Assembly: GCA_030704615.1 (NCBI GenBank)
Contig: CM060732.1
Span: 62,434,001-62,498,000 of the forward strand
DNA: 64,000 nucleotides
Direction: 5' to 3'
Source: Takakia lepidozioides
Lineage: Eukaryota > Plantae > Bryophyta
Shown here in pieces: positions 26,568 to 41,059 of this stretch (the stretch's first letter is position 1; each line of letters opens with the position of its first letter). The notes beneath the pieces are model-generated. The model was given only the letters and a program-made list of their open reading frames with translations, did not search any database and was not told where the DNA came from. The position numbers and the translations under genes were made by a program.

Positions 26568-29500
26568 ATGGCCGCAGTCTGCGCACCGCCATCACCACGA
26601 TCAGCACTCCCGTCACCGCACAGCACCCCAAGGGACTTGGACAGTGAGATAATTTACAGGAGTCAACAGCAGCAGCTGCCTCCTCTCACTCACACAAATC
26701 TATCTTCCTTCATTCTTGAGTCTGCCAGCGTTCGTTACTCCTCCAAGACTGCTATTGTGGATAGCGCAACCGGGACCCATTACACCTATGCCCAGGTCAG
26801 CAAGGCAGATCGAGACGAATCTCTTCTTACATAGCTAGATTGATCTAGAAAGTTCTCACAGATGTTAAATTTGAAATAGCTAAGATTTCGAGTGCAGACC
26901 TTTTTGCCAGTTTTGAACATACATTCTAAAGGCATAGTCCAGGCAGTCCAGGTATAATTGGGTTCCAAGTTCGACCGTGCAACCTCGGTTGCGTAGCTGA
27001 TGCCAGAGGACTCGTGATGCACTGCGAGCTATTATAGAATTCTCAATCATATTCATGTATTTCGTGACATTCTAGTAACGTTCGTCTGTGGGTATGTATG
27101 ACTACAGGTGCAAAAGTGGGTGACCAAAACAGCTGCAGGACTAGGTTCCCTGGGTGTGAGGCCTCGCGATGTAGTGTTGCTACTCTCGCCAAATCTTCCG
27201 GAGTTCCCAGTAGTTTATCTTGCGCTTGTTTCACTGGGTGCGGTGGTGGCCCTCGCCAGCCCATTGAACACAGAGGCAGATATTATCAAGCAGGCAAAAC
27301 AAATAGATGCTAAGTTTGTTATCACTGTGCCCGAGCTGATGAGCAAGGTGCAAATGTGTGGTCTGCCCACGGTGCTTATAGGTATGTCAAGACTGAGCTC
27401 ATATACCTCTCAGGACATTGAGTCTGTCGCCATGCACTTTAGTACATTTCATTGGCAAAGTCTTCAACTAACCTCAGGGATATTTGAACAGCGCGAGCCT
27501 AGTGACGACTGTAATCAGAAGCCTGCTCCCAGGAAGAACATTTGAAAATTGATAATTTACAGTGCTATATGTACTCTTAAGTACTGGCCAAGGTTGTTTG
27601 ATTACTCTGTGTCTTCTTTCTTGATCGTCAGCGAGAGAATTGGGCTGATGCAGTATATCGTGCAAACTTACAGGAGATGATGCAAAATGCATCAAGTTCA
27701 AATCCACCTCCATTACCTTGCTCTCCGAGCTGTGTGAAACCAAGAAGTTCACCAACAACACCATCGAATACCATGAGACCAATCCAGATGATACCTGCAC
27801 ATTGCTCTTTTCGTCGGGTACAACCGGCATGTCCAAAGCAGTCGAGCTTACCCACCGCAATTTCATGTCCGCCATCACTGCCTACAACACATTGGAGCCC
27901 GGGGCATCCACCAGCGAGATGGATGTGTGCCTTGCCATCATTCCAATGTACCATGTTTATGGGCTTGGCATCGTCATGTTGGCAACACTTGAGAGAGGAG
28001 CCTCTGTAGTAACCATGGAGAGATACTCACTCTCGGGAATGCTACAAAACATTGAAAAGTATCGTATAACAGTGGCGACGGTGGTGCCCCCAATCATTGT
28101 ATCCATGGTCAAGAGTATGGAGATCGTGGGACAGTACGATCTCAGTACACTGCGGATCATTGCTACAGGTACTAACCTGGTCGACCATACTGCAATCTTG
28201 CAAATTAATTTGGGAAATTAACTAGTATAGTTCAAGCGCACTTGAATATTGAGTGTAGAAGCAGCTTGCTCAAGCAATGTTCGGTGATGCTTCAAGATGT
28301 AGAGTCCGATCTCGGCCCTGCAGTGCATAATCTCACATATGTTCCGATGGTTGCCTGCAGGTGCAGCACCCCTTAAAGAAGACACAATGCGGGCATGCCA
28401 GGCCATGCTTCCTCAGTGCATCTTGCGACAGGTATAAATTGGAGGACTTCAGTTTAGATTCGTTTGTACCTCCCTAGACACGTACGTGTACACTCTTTCC
28501 AACGTATGCACTAGCGTCGATCAATGCAGTTTGGACCATCCTCAAGATTGTTCTTTTTGCGAGCAGGGTTACGGGATGACAGAAGCACCTTTGGTAGCAT
28601 TCAGTGTGGTTGCCAATGAGCGACGGCAGTGGGGCTCTGTTGGGGTGCTGGTACCGGGGATAGAGGCTCGCATCACTGATGTGGACACTGGCAAATCACT
28701 GCCCCCAATGGCTTCTGGCGAGCTCTGGATTCGTGGGCCCCAAGTGATGCGAGGTGAGTCCTCTCTCAAACCCTTCGCCTTCTCCACCCCATATGATCAC
28801 GACATCGATATATATCATGAATGGATGATATACTCACTCCCCCGTGTGCACATAAGTGCACTTGGCCCATATTTAAGCTACAGATTTAGAATTCTTGAGT
28901 GAAGTGCACGAAGTCCTTCAGCTGATTGTGAAGCGGATTTGGATGTGGGGCAGGTTATCTGAACAATCCAGAGGTGACAGCGGCCACCAAAGATGAGCAG
29001 GGATGGCTACACACTGGTGATCTGGCCTTCATGGATTCCAACGGTTATTTCTTCATTGTCGACCGCCTCAAAGAGATTATAAAATACAACGCCCATCAGG
29101 TCTGTACGCACGAGCACTCGTACAATTCTACACGATCCTGAAAATTCCTGTGCATATAAGTAACTAGTATCCTATCGAAGTCAGGCTTCGTTGAATATAT
29201 ACAGGAATGAAAACTTGACACCATTACTCTCTCATAAGTGAGATAGAACTTTGAGACAATGTTTACTAGAGAGAAAACCCAAGTTGAGATGTTCAGTCCA
29301 GGTGGCTTAAACAAGCAAGAAATTGACAAGTTCAACTTTGTGGATCAAAATAAAAACCAAGCACCTTTTGGTCAACAATATGTCCAAGTTCTCATGTACT
29401 GTGGTGACTGAATGCAGGTAGCACCAGGCGAGCTTGAAGCAATCTTATTGACGCACCCCGGTATTGTGGACGCAGCAGTCATCCCGTAAGTTTGAAGCCA

Positions 29501-30188
29501 ATCATCTCTCCCAACCGCATTCGAAGGAAAGAGTATGGTCTCACATGTGCTAATAATCGAGGCCTATGAGCATGTAGATCAGTGGTAGTGGTCTGTATGA
29601 TTTATATACAAATTATACCAGATCATACCAGGAACATTTCCCAAAGCCTCCAAGCAAGCCACAGGTGGGCTGGCTCCAGTCTGTTGCTCATTTCCGCGGC
29701 CATGGCTGCCAAAGTTTCTTCCACACTTGCACTTCATGCACATGACAGATACTACGGTCTTAAAACACATACTATTCCAAATTTTCTAACTGTGGGCTGT
29801 ATATCCTGTTTCTATGGCGCAGGTGTCCCGACGAGAATGCAGGAGAAATCCCATTCGCGTACGTTGTAAGACGAGAAGGCTCAGATTTGGCTGAATCCGA
29901 AATCATGACATTTGTAGCAAAACAGGTGAGACTTGCAGCTTGCGTGCACTCCTTTCTGACATGTAAACTGTGCCAGGTCCTGTAATGTCTCAGGAATCGG
30001 ACAGGTTACCCATCTTTTTTGTGCGGACACAAGTACTAGAGCACTGAACCGTGTTGCGATCTTTCCACTTGCAGGTTGCCCCTTACAAGAAAGTGCGGAA
30101 AGTGGAGTTCATTGAAGCCATCCCCAAATCAGCAGCTGGCAAAATCCTCAAAAAGGACCTCATAGCCAGGCATCGATGCAGTCAATGA
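26568..30188 (+). CDS. 4-coumarate:CoA ligase-like acyl-CoA synthetase, copy A, 9 exons
   Basis: Exons: 26568-26795, 27108-27381, 27674-28168, 28361-28431, 28567-28753, 28954-29099, 29418-29485, 29823-29925, 30075-30188. AMP-binding [25 protein letters not shown] (not the GEICIRG of true 4CL), [16 protein letters not shown]. Ends ARHRCSQ*. Confidence 0.92.
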
Positions 30189-32264
30189 CACAAGCTGATT
30201 GCGGTAGACCAAACCCCCCTGATTTCTCTCGCCTTTACGTGGCACCTAAATCAATTCTTATCAGCTGCCCTCTAGTATATTCACTGGAAGAGATTGAGGA
30301 AGACCCTTTTTCGGTGTCAACTACAAGGATATGGTGGAGCCTGCAACATGTTATAGTGCAGCTGATTGATGTACAGAAAACAACAGATATCGTCACATTC
30401 CCAAGATTTAAGTTACTACAGAGGAAGCGTATCATTCCTCTCTGCCGCCCCGGTAGCTTCAGATGCGAATTGTGCATGCGAAGTTGGATTCAAGGCCATT
30501 GATGACTATGCTGGCCAAGCCATTACCATTCGAGATTCCAGCTGAAGAAGTTGACCATAGAGGAGGGAGCCCATATTGAGCATCTGGCAATTTAGATCTC
30601 AATGTATACTTAATGCTGCTCATTTCTATGAAGCCAATTCATACATTTATTCCACAGACCAAGTTACATATGCTCATAGCTCAGTCTGTGACACCCAAAG
30701 AAGCATGTCAATTGACTTTGCAAGAACAATTTTTTGGCTCCAGCATGGGAGACGAAGTTATCAGTTGTTACTATGTGATATATATGTGATCTCTTACGAT
30801 CTGACCAAGAAGACTTTCTCCTGGATTTCTGTGTACACTAGAAGTAGCTTCAAGTAGCTTGATCTTCGAAGTGCAAAGTTAGGAGCTTGAAAATGTTCAG
30901 ACCTAAGTTGAAGTACTCAGCCACCCACTATTGTCTCTATGCTTTGGAGCAAAGTAGGGTTGCATTGTTTTTCTTAACCCCTAATGGTCGAATTTCGAAT
31001 GGATGCGAAACGTATGGATGAACTCGGATGAAATCGAGCCCAAAATGAAAAATGTAAGAAATTTAATTCTGCGCCCCCCTGTGAGGTGGCACCCTAAAAA
31101 TCCTAACGGACAGCCGGCAGGATTTTTTGGAGTGCCTGTGAGGGTACCCAAAATCATGTGGTTTGGCCCTCCACCAGGGTTGACTTTACCACGTGGCAGG
31201 CAGATGGGGCTGGGTCTCGGCATTGGTCGGCGCCGGGTGTCAAGGGGCCCCTCAAAAAACGAGCTCACACACAAAACAGCCCCCTGAGTTCATCGGGTTT
31301 GATGACATGGCCCCTTTTTCTTGGCCGGATTTATCTACCGGCTCAGGCAATACTTGGCCTGAGCTGGGATTCAAGTAGGAATTCACATAAATTGAAATCT
31401 CTGCCTACACTTTGGTTAGAAATCAGAAATTCTTTTTGGAGGTAGGAAATCATTCAAGGAACAATTCCACCGCTGCAATTGTGGTTCCAATGCAAATTTG
31501 GACCCCTAAGGCTGAATTACAGGTCAATTGAGCTTTACGGTATTTTTTTAACCCCCCTTTTTCCATACAAAGCAACCTTATCCGGAATTTGGAATTCAGC
31601 TTTGAAATTTTGGGGCAACATGCTTTAGGTGCCTGGTCATTGGAATGTGGGTTGGGTCTTGCAAGCAAAAATCATTTTGGTGCCAGAATTTCCTGGTCAA
31701 ACCATATTCTCACTCTCAAATTGGAGTATACTACACATTTTGGGCTTGGAATTTTGTTATAATCTTCCTAATGACACGGTCAAATGAGCTAAATTTTTTA
31801 CAGCAGGCGGATGAAGTAGATAGCCTGCCTTTCATACGGTTCATCCCTGTGGATGTTTGTTTCCTGAGAGATATACCCTCACCCGTGAGGGTATGTTCTG
31901 TTTCGGAGTGGCCCCACCAAAAACAGCCTCGTCTATTACTTCGGGGTTAAGAGATGTCGAATGCATAATAGGTACTTCCGCCGGGCGGCGGGCTACATTT
32001 GATTGGGACCCACCCGCGAAAGTTGTCGTTGTGTTGTCTCGCGCGAAAAGAAAGAGAGAGAAAGGGAGAGAGAGAGAGAAGGAAGGAGAGGAGGGCCAGC
32101 GCGGCGGGGCAGCGGCCTCGTCTGCGCACAAGATTGGTGTGAAGGCCCGAGGCAAGCAAACGATCGAGAAGAAAAGGAGTGCATTTGTTGGGTAGGATCT
32201 GGGACAAGCACGCGACTTTAACTCTTGTGGCACAGACTTAGAGAAACGAGAATTTCGAGAAGAG

Positions 32265-35200
32265 ATGGCATGGGCCTCCACAGAGAAGGTGGTTTTGGGA
32301 TGCATCGCATTCGCAGTATGGTGGGTCCTGGCAGTCTTTCCTGCGGTGCCATTTTTACCGATTGGCCGAACGGCTGGGTCTCTGCTGGGTGCAGCTCTCA
32401 TGGTAGTGTTCCGTGTCATCACTCCAACTTCTGCCTTTGCAGCTGTTGATCTGCCCATTCTGGGCTTGCTGTTTGGAACCATGGTGGTGAGCGTGTATTT
32501 GGAGAGAGCTGATATGTTCAAGTATTTGGGGCATGCCCTGTCATGGAAGAGCAGGGGAGGGAAGGATTTGCTCTGCCGGGTGTGTTTTCTTGCTGCCCTA
32601 TCTAGCGCGCTGTTTACGAACGATACGACGTGTGTGGTCCTGACAGGATTTGTATTAAAACTCTGCAGGCAGAAGAATCTACCCCCGCAACCATTTCTCA
32701 TTGCTCTTGCTTGTAGTGCCAACATAGGCTCGGCGGCCACGCCCATTGGCAACCCTCAAAATCTGGTCATTGCAGTGCAAGGCAAATTAAGCTTTGGGAA
32801 GTTTCTGGTAGGCATTATTCCGGCTGTGGCAGTGGGACTGGTGGTCAATACGTTGGGCCTCTTGTTGTTCTATTGGAAGCGTCTCTCTGGAACTCAAATT
32901 GTGGAAGAGGGAGGGAGCTCACCTCCACATGCAGAAACTGGCAGCAAAGGGAATTACCAAAATGCGTTCCCTGTGCAAGTCTCAGATGCTCAGAACCTGC
33001 CTGAAATTTCAGAGAATGTTGTGCAGCCCCCAAAGAACTCTGGGCAGGATGTGGCTATGGTAAGGATGAAGAGTAATCGAATTCCAATTGCCAGAAGAAA
33101 TTCGGATAGCTTAGTAGTAGAGCTTGCCAATTATTACAAGACTGGGGGAGGTGGAGAATTGTCCACAGTGCATCTTAGTTCGGTGAGAGGTTCTGCCACC
33201 TCAGATCTTCTAAGATTAGATTCAAGGATATCTCGTTCCCCTCAGTTGCAGCATTCAGGTGCTGAGGGGAGAATCTCGGGAGATTTAGACAACCATTCGA
33301 TGGAAAGCCCCAGACTGTCAAGGTCTCCCTCTGCAAGACCCTCATTACTTTCCTTGCCCACAACTGAGAGAGAGATACTTACACAAAAATGGCGGAGAAG
33401 GGTCTTCAAAATATGTGTCTATCTTGTGACAATTGGCATGTTGGCAGCGCTTTTGGCTGGCCTGAATTTACCCTGGACTGCCCTCACAGCTGCCGTGGTG
33501 CTCATGGTGCTTGACTTTTCAGATGCTGGTCCCAGCCTTGCTCAGGTTTTCTCTCTGTCTCTCTCTCCGTGCTTCGCTTGATTAGGTTTATTGATTAGGT
33601 TTATTATTTTATTGTACGGGTTCATCAATCTTCAGGATGCTCAATGTGATATATGGAGTCATGGTAACCAAAGGCACCTACAAGGTATTGCACTGTAAAC
33701 TGTCTTTTCTTGCTGGATGTCTGTTGAAATGGGTAGATCTCGTGAGATGGATGAGTACCTGTCTAAAACCTTTCAAATGAGGTTCTTAAATTAACAGGTG
33801 ACTCATAAGGATGCCCTTCGTGCCCTAGCTGCCAAAGTTAATGTACTATGTTAACTGGTGGCATTCCAAGGGTTAGCCATAACACCTTAAACGAATTTTT
33901 CTGGCTTTCCTCTAGTTTGGCGGCTGTATTTTGGTAGTTGCTAATCTTTTATTGAGGTCTACCCCACTCTTGCAACTAGTTAGACACCCTATTACTGGAG
34001 GGGTAAGGAGCCCCTTACCTTAGTTGTCTTCACTGTCAGCCATCTTCTTCGAGTTGAAGAAGTGGCTGAACAGGAGAGGGGGGCAACTTTTGGCATCATG
34101 GCACACTTGAAGGTTCTCTTCTTGCCATGCCAGCTCTGTTTTTGACAAGGTGCCTTGCCATAGCAATCACTCACATCCTTTCACATAGCATATTGCTGAT
34201 TGTGTAGTAAGACTCATGTACATTGGGCTTGCTAGTTCCATAAAGCTGTCCCATAGTGGACTTCTTGTTTGCTACCTTACGCGTACCTGTAGTTAAGCGT
34301 TCTTAAGAGTGAAAATTGATAACAAGTGGGCTGGGCTTAGAAAACCTGGTATTCCACAACAGTCACTGACCTATTGGTTGTGTGGTTGCTTGTGATGGGA
34401 CCAGGGGAGGTTCCTGCCCCTTCTTTAAAGATTGACTCCTCTGCAGGACCGTGGAAGAGACAGCATGGAGGCTTTGACTCTTCGCCGTGTTTGCTATTGT
34501 CCTCACGGTTTTACTGCTTTTTGAAGGTATTAGGGGTTTCAGTAGGTCCAACACACCCCTCACAGGCCGTGTTTGGGATTTATCTACTTGGCATCTCTAT
34601 CTTTTGGAGGAATTGGACCATGCAAAGGCCTTCATGATCCTTCTCCTAGGTCTGAAGAACAACTCTAGACAATCATCATTGGTATGTGTCTACTTCTTCC
34701 TAGGGTGTTGTAAACCTTGGTGTTCCATAGGTTTACAGGTACCTACGGTCTTATGAGTGCATTTGCTCACTCCAGTTGACTCTCCAATGAAAATGAAGGT
34801 AGGCATAAAACTTCCCTGAACTTGTTTTCAGTCTCTGACATGGGTGAGGACCTTCAAAGGGCCTACCTACCCTCGGCACTAGACTGAAATTTAAACTCAG
34901 GGTGGGAAGCCTACCTTTGAACAATAATCAGATGCAGAGAGGAAGAGGAGATTGTACTTGCCCGATGTGCGGGCAGCCTGAAGATAATATCTGCTTTCTG
35001 ATACATTGTCCGGGATATCTCACCAGAGAGTGACCCTCTTCAGGAACATCAAGAACATTGTCCATGCACCTCTGTTCACCAACTTCGAAAATTTTGAGGC
35101 TGAGCCTAAAGACCTGGCTCTCATCTAATTGCTGGGTAGCTCACATGCAGCAAGTTGATACTTGTGTGAAGGGCTTTCTAGAGGATATCTGGAAAACCCT

Positions 35201-38200
35201 AACTAATTGTCTCTATCATCAATGTTCTCATCAATCAACTCCTCGAGGATGTTGAAAGTGAGGGATTTGGGGAAAGGGTGGATGATGCCATCATACCAGC
35301 CCTTATGTTTGCGGATGACTTCGCAGGCATAGGGGAGACTCCTTCCAACCTCCAGGAGTTGATTGATTGCGCGAAGAGATATTTTGACCTTTGGGGGCTA
35401 GAGGTTAACGTCAGTAAATGTGCAGTGGTGGCATTCAACGACAGTGGAGAGGGAGGAAGTGATCTCAAGTGGCAGTGGGGTAGCCAAGAGATTCCGGTTC
35501 TCCCTTCCTACACATACCTGGGCGTGAGTTTTCCTCCAACTGTAACTGGGATGCACATATTCAGAAAGTTGTTCAAACTGGGAAGGGCAAAGCGCTGGGT
35601 CTCACTAAATTTTTCCACTGCAGAAGGATCAACTCTGAGGTCAAGAAAACCATGCTTTCTCGCGTTATTAGACCTACTTTGGAGTACACATCTGCAATAT
35701 GGGTTGATAACTTCAACCAGGCTAAGTCTCTAGATTTCATTCAAGTGGGGGTGCTTAAGGAGTGCATGTCAGCATGCTCCAAAACAGCCAATGTGGCTGT
35801 TTGGGATGAGTTTGGCATCCCTTCCTTCAGCTCCCGACGAGATGAATTCAAGGTCAGCTGGTGGGGTCAGCTGCAACATATGTCCAACACCAGATATCCT
35901 AAGTTAATCGACTCTATATCTTGGAAACAGGACTGCCCTGTCAAACAGGCTAAGTCCTGGCAGAAGAGCTTAGATTCTCAAGGATCTGAATCTGATTCCG
36001 CAAGTCTGGACCCTGCTGGATAAATCTGACTTAGAGGCTGTAGTGTCCAAAGCCATGTCTGTTGCCAGGAAATTGTCTGATGAAAATGAAGTTAGGCAGA
36101 AAACTTCCCTGAACTTGTTTCCAGTCTGCAGTGACATGGGGGAGGACATCATGGATGACCTCAAGGGTCTATTCCTGATTCACTGTCCGGGGTTCTCTCA
36201 CCAGAGAGACGCTCTCCTCAAATCTATCAAGGGAATTGTGCCTGTACCTCTGTTTACCAACTTTGTAAGTCTCGAGGCTGAGCCAAAGGCCCAGGCCCTT
36301 CTGGGGCCTAGTTATTGGACAAACCACACACAGCAGATTGATGCTTGCGTGAAGGGATTTCTAGAGGATATCTGGAAAACCCGGATCAATGTTTTGTATC
36401 AAGGTAAGTCTTACTACCGACCTGACAGAGGTAGGTTCTGTCCCTTTCTGTTCCGCTCAAACTGGGCGCGGGGTCAATGGTCACAAGGCTACGGCAAACA
36501 ACATCTTATGATAACATTCTATCATGGCAAGTCACACTACTGGAGTGAGCCCCTCACCAGGGTAGTATCTGTGCCGCCAAAATTAGTAAACTAGGCGCAA
36601 GGTCTATAACCACAAGGCTACTGCAAACAAAGTGTTATGAATACATTCTCTCCAGTTGTGGCCCTTGGGTCTCTTGCAGGTAGCACATTTCTTTGTTTCT
36701 TACCTTCAGTCTCTGGGTCTCCCGCAGGGAGGGGATGAAGGCTGAGGCTAGCAAGCAGAGTAACCACTTGGCCAATTTGATTCAAAGATGAAAGACTGGT
36801 AGAAATCTAGTCTGAGCTTCTTCACAACAATTGGGACTAGAGGATTACATGAAGGCCGTAGCCCCTCTGCCACTATGTTGCCTTCCTATATAGTAAGGTA
36901 TAACAGTTGGAAACAGAATTTGCATGCCTGATCCTTGAGCACGATGGTATCTATGGTACTGTAATGGTTCTCTCTTCGGAGCGCCTCCTTGAAAGCATTG
37001 AGCAAGTTATCACTCGCTTCTTTTGGGAAGCTGTGGTCGTCTTTGGTCTGAATTCTGGGTGAATACTTGCATGATGCCAGAGTTCCAAGCGTTCTGGAGC
37101 AAACCTGTAAGGCCAGGATAGTTTTTCTTTAAAGGGACCCTGCTGCTATTCCCATCCTTTCCCCTTCCTTTCTCCCTGCTATTTATTGTATGCCCAAACT
37201 GGGTGTGGGACCTAGGGCCACAAGGCAGTCTAAATGTGGACAGCATCATCTCTTTCTTAGATTTCCCCCCAAGAATGTCATCATCGCTCCTGGGTTATGG
37301 CAGGCACCTGCTGATGCATTTGTCACACCCTCCGAATAAGGGAACTCCAAGTGCTGTATTTCTACAACCAAATGGCCATGGTAAACAGCTTCTTTCACCC
37401 AACATAGCTTGCCCTTGCCTTATTTGTTGTTTTGTAGATCAGGTACATCACATGCAGACGTAACTAGCGGTGGGTGCAAATACTGGGACAGGTGTCGTAT
37501 TCTTTGCTGGTGTTTTTTGCTGGCATGTTCATAACAGTCAATGGCTTCAACTCGACTGGGGCACCGGGCCAGCTGTGGACAGCTGTGGAACCATATGCAC
37601 GTATCAAGACAGTGAGCGGCCAGGCAATCCTCTCCTTGGTTGTCATCATCCTCTCCAATGTTGCCTCCAACGTCCCTACAGGTATAGGAAGGGTACCCAT
37701 TTTCCTGATGCCCAATTGGCGTAAGTCTCTGCTCTGAGTTCCTTACATTCCCTTGAAAAAAGACCTCAATCTGGTTCATCCAGTGATTTTTAGGAGATCT
37801 ATTCCTAGGCCAAGCATGTAACTTTGCATTTAAGTCATTCTTGTCAATGTGTTACTGGCTGACATCGATGCCATAGGGCAGTTTGTAGACGCCCCTAAAG
37901 CTTTATTTGCAGGCTAGAGTTGTACCTGCAGCATCTGTTGGGTTCACAGTACCGCTCCTCCTTGTCTGCCTGAATAATGGTAAGATAACACCAGTGTTTG
38001 TTAGGGGTAGTATTTTGCAAGGGGCTACGATTCATATGCAAGCCTCAGCTCTCTGATTGAAGTGTCCCTCTTTAGTGATGTGGACAGTCTTAAGTTCTAA
38101 AACGGACCAGAATGTTAAACAAGCTAAAAATTTGGTGCAGTATTATTATTGGGCACACGAGTGGCGGCATCAGCAGCGGCTACCCCAGGAGTGAGCGTGG

Positions 38201-38406
38201 ACACAGCTTGGTTAATACTGTCATGGGTGAGCACTGTTGCAGGCAACTTAACCCTGGTTGGGTCTGCAGCTAATCTAATTGTAAGTGAGGAGGCAAGACG
38301 AGCCCAATTGATGGGCTACAACCTCTCCTTCTGGAATCATTTACGATTTGGTGTGCCCTCTACGCTCCTTGTAATTGCTGCTGGCCTTCCCCTCATCCAT
38401 AGGTAA
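32265..38406 (+). CDS. LSI2: Lsi2-like silicon efflux transporter (ArsB/NhaD anion permease family), 3 exons
   Basis: Exons: 32265-33545, 37492-37681, 38141-38406, with consistent phases. Motifs [78 protein letters not shown]. Confidence 0.93.
34786..36652 (+). mobile_element. Stack of RTEX-like LINE fragments (same family as in SPP) in Lsi2 intron 1, including RT domains 5-7
   Basis: [10 protein letters not shown]...[11 protein letters not shown]...YLGV...[12 protein letters not shown], frameshifted, at 35278-36000. The same C-terminus follows, with family 3' ends at ~36510 and ~36650. An older copy lies at 34786-35215. Confidence 0.85.
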
Positions 38407-41059
38407 ATCAGGGAGATTTCCTGCTTGCAGGACAGGCAGGAAAATGGTGCCCGTCTGGGCCAACGTTGTTTGCAACAGGAGGATTGGAGTATTTTTGCAG
38501 CTGCTGATAGTGTACATTAATTGTTCAAATCATCAAATTGACCACAGGGCGTTGGGTACCATGAGAGCAAGACATGGCAGCCAGCAGATTTTTGTATGAT
38601 ATGATATCAAATCAGCCTGTAAATCCGCAATTGATTGTGAAGTTTCTAGAAAACATTTGAGACAATGAATGGATTTCGACCAAACATTGATTCCCAGCTG
38701 GACAAGGGCAGTGAATTTCAGTTCAACACTGGTTTTGAATGTGACTGTCTTTACTAAATTTGTGCAACTGCACTCTTGATATGACTTGCAATTCAAGTTT
38801 TTGCGAAAGTGAATGTTTGGAAACCAGTGAAGTAATATGTTGAGAGCTAGATAAACAAAACCTCCTAAAACAATCATGTTGCACATCAAACCAACCTCAA
38901 GTTTGTACTGCCAATTCATTGTTGCAGTGCAGAACGGTGTATTAGATCACACAAGAAGCTCTTCTCCACATACAACAATTCATAAGAATTTTCATTGATA
39001 CACAATACAACTTCCTGAAATTCTTCAGTTATTCTTGATTCGATCCATCCTCTTTACGAAACAGTAGATCTTCTACACTGTCGACTTATGCGTAGGAAGA
39101 GGATTTTTGTCACCACTCGCGGTGCGTGCCGGATCTGTTTGATTCCTATGTGCAAGTCAGCTTTGCTTATACTCAAGTGTTTCTTCCTGTAATACAAGGT
39201 CTAATAGAATTATCGATACAATCATACGAGCTGCCCCAGTGGTAGTGTAGAATGCTGATCTTTCTTGTCTGCGAAAAGGTCTGTCAAGTGAGAAAACGCC
39301 ATCTGCGCCAAGCAGAGCCTAGACAAGTTGTATCAAACTTTCGTCCCACCTCGGTGGTGGGTGCCTTAAGTTCTCGCTGCTGAATTGGACGGTTTGTGAG
39401 ATCATTCATGTAACCACTCCAGTTGGGTCCCCCGTCGGAAGCAGGCGCCATTGAAGTCACACGCTACGCTTAAAGTTAGGGATTGTTTCAATGTTTAGAA
39501 AGCTAGGGGATCCTTTTCGGTGCTGGAGATACGGAGGTCTGAAGTTTACTGGCAGCTCACAGGGTGAAGGTCTGAAGTAACTTGGCCTCTTCACGACCTA
39601 GATTTGGGTGAATTTTAGCTTCTTGAAGAAGCGTGCCTTATATGAAGAGAAAGATAGTGTTTTGCATATGACTGTAATTGAAGCTAATTGCAGTTGGAAA
39701 TTGTGCATTGATGTTGTGAAGGAATCCGCTTCCCTGTCGCCCATTCAGTGTTTTTGGTGTCCTTCGCGGTAATGAATCAGAGGTGGGGATCTCAAGTCAC
39801 CAGAAAATATCAACTGTAAAGTCACTGGCTTACTGTAATTTAGTTATAACCAACTTGAGCAATGAGTTGCGCATTTCGAGTTTCAGACAAGTGAGACCGT
39901 CAGGTCTTGGGGTTAGATCGCCTGTGCTCGGTAGCAAATGGTACTCATGGATGAAGAAATTACTGTCTCTTCCTACAATTCAAGCGATGGAGCGTATCGG
40001 GGTGGATCTTCAAGCCCTGCCTACGAACCAACTCAGCTTATCTCCAATTGGGATGGTGTGTGATTCATGTCTCTCCTATCTGTGTTAGGCAATTGGCTAT
40101 GGAAGGCATGTATTTCACCTTTCCCCTTTTTTAAGGGTTGTTTCAGCATGATTCGGTGGTCATTGGATATAAAATCTTGTGGGGTTCATGCGACGATCCT
40201 TTAGTGGCTCCTTAAGCTGGGCCTTTCAAGCCTTAGTGGGGCTGGAGCCTAAGCTGGAGACATATGCAAGTAGACACAGACATAAACACACACAGACTGC
40301 GTAGTTGCGAGATTTACGTGCATCTGTGAACTAGGACCCCTGTCTTGTCAATTCTTCCTGTTGAAGGTGCATTTTTCAAACGCGATCGTCATGGTGAGCC
40401 TAGACGTTAGTCAGATTTCAACTATCTGTGCAGGATCCGATATCTAAGAGCTTAAGAACGAATGTGGGGTTGGATGACGTGGAGGAACGATGCCTCTGGC
40501 GACACAAGTGCCAACGCAGCTCATGAATGATGACGACTTTCAGGGTTCAATGATGCGAATGCGACTCTGATGCGACTCTGATGCGAATGCAAAAATTGAG
40601 TGTTTTAAAAAGTTGGAATTGGGTCCACATTAAATCGTGTCCCAGGAGACTTCCAAGCAACCACATTGGAGCTATGTTTGCACAGGATGAGGCTGTGAGC
40701 AAGTAATAGAGAGCCACTAAGTCAGTTTACATCATTAAGCATTGGTTCCATCCGTGCAGAGTCTATGCTCTATGCATACAGCTGCTTTAAGCCCTTTAAC
40801 TTGGCGACCATCAGGAAGTCAAGTTGAGCTAAAATGTTTTGTTGGTTTTTCTTTTTCTGGGCAAAATATGTTGATGACATGGCTGACAATGATGTGGCAA
40901 GTGTAAAAAAAAAAGGAAAAAGATGTGGCACTAAGGGACCCTATTCATGCTCTACATTAAAATTAAATCTAAGTAGTAGCATGGGAGAACAAAGGAACAA
41001 ACTCTCGAATAACAAAAAAGAAGAGAAAATGAGGATCAAGTGAGATTAATGCCCACTCA

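Noticed and set aside
30955-31800. Possible MITE or TE end upstream of Lsi2
   Set aside because: Composition is TE-like, but no matching TIR pair or TSD was found.
31841-32752. 303-aa minus-strand ORF
   Set aside because: Antisense shadow of Lsi2 exon 1 and its 5' region, with no recognisable motifs.
40550-40591. Short TGATGCGA(A/C)T tandem repeat
   Set aside because: Tiny local slippage repeat with no further structure.
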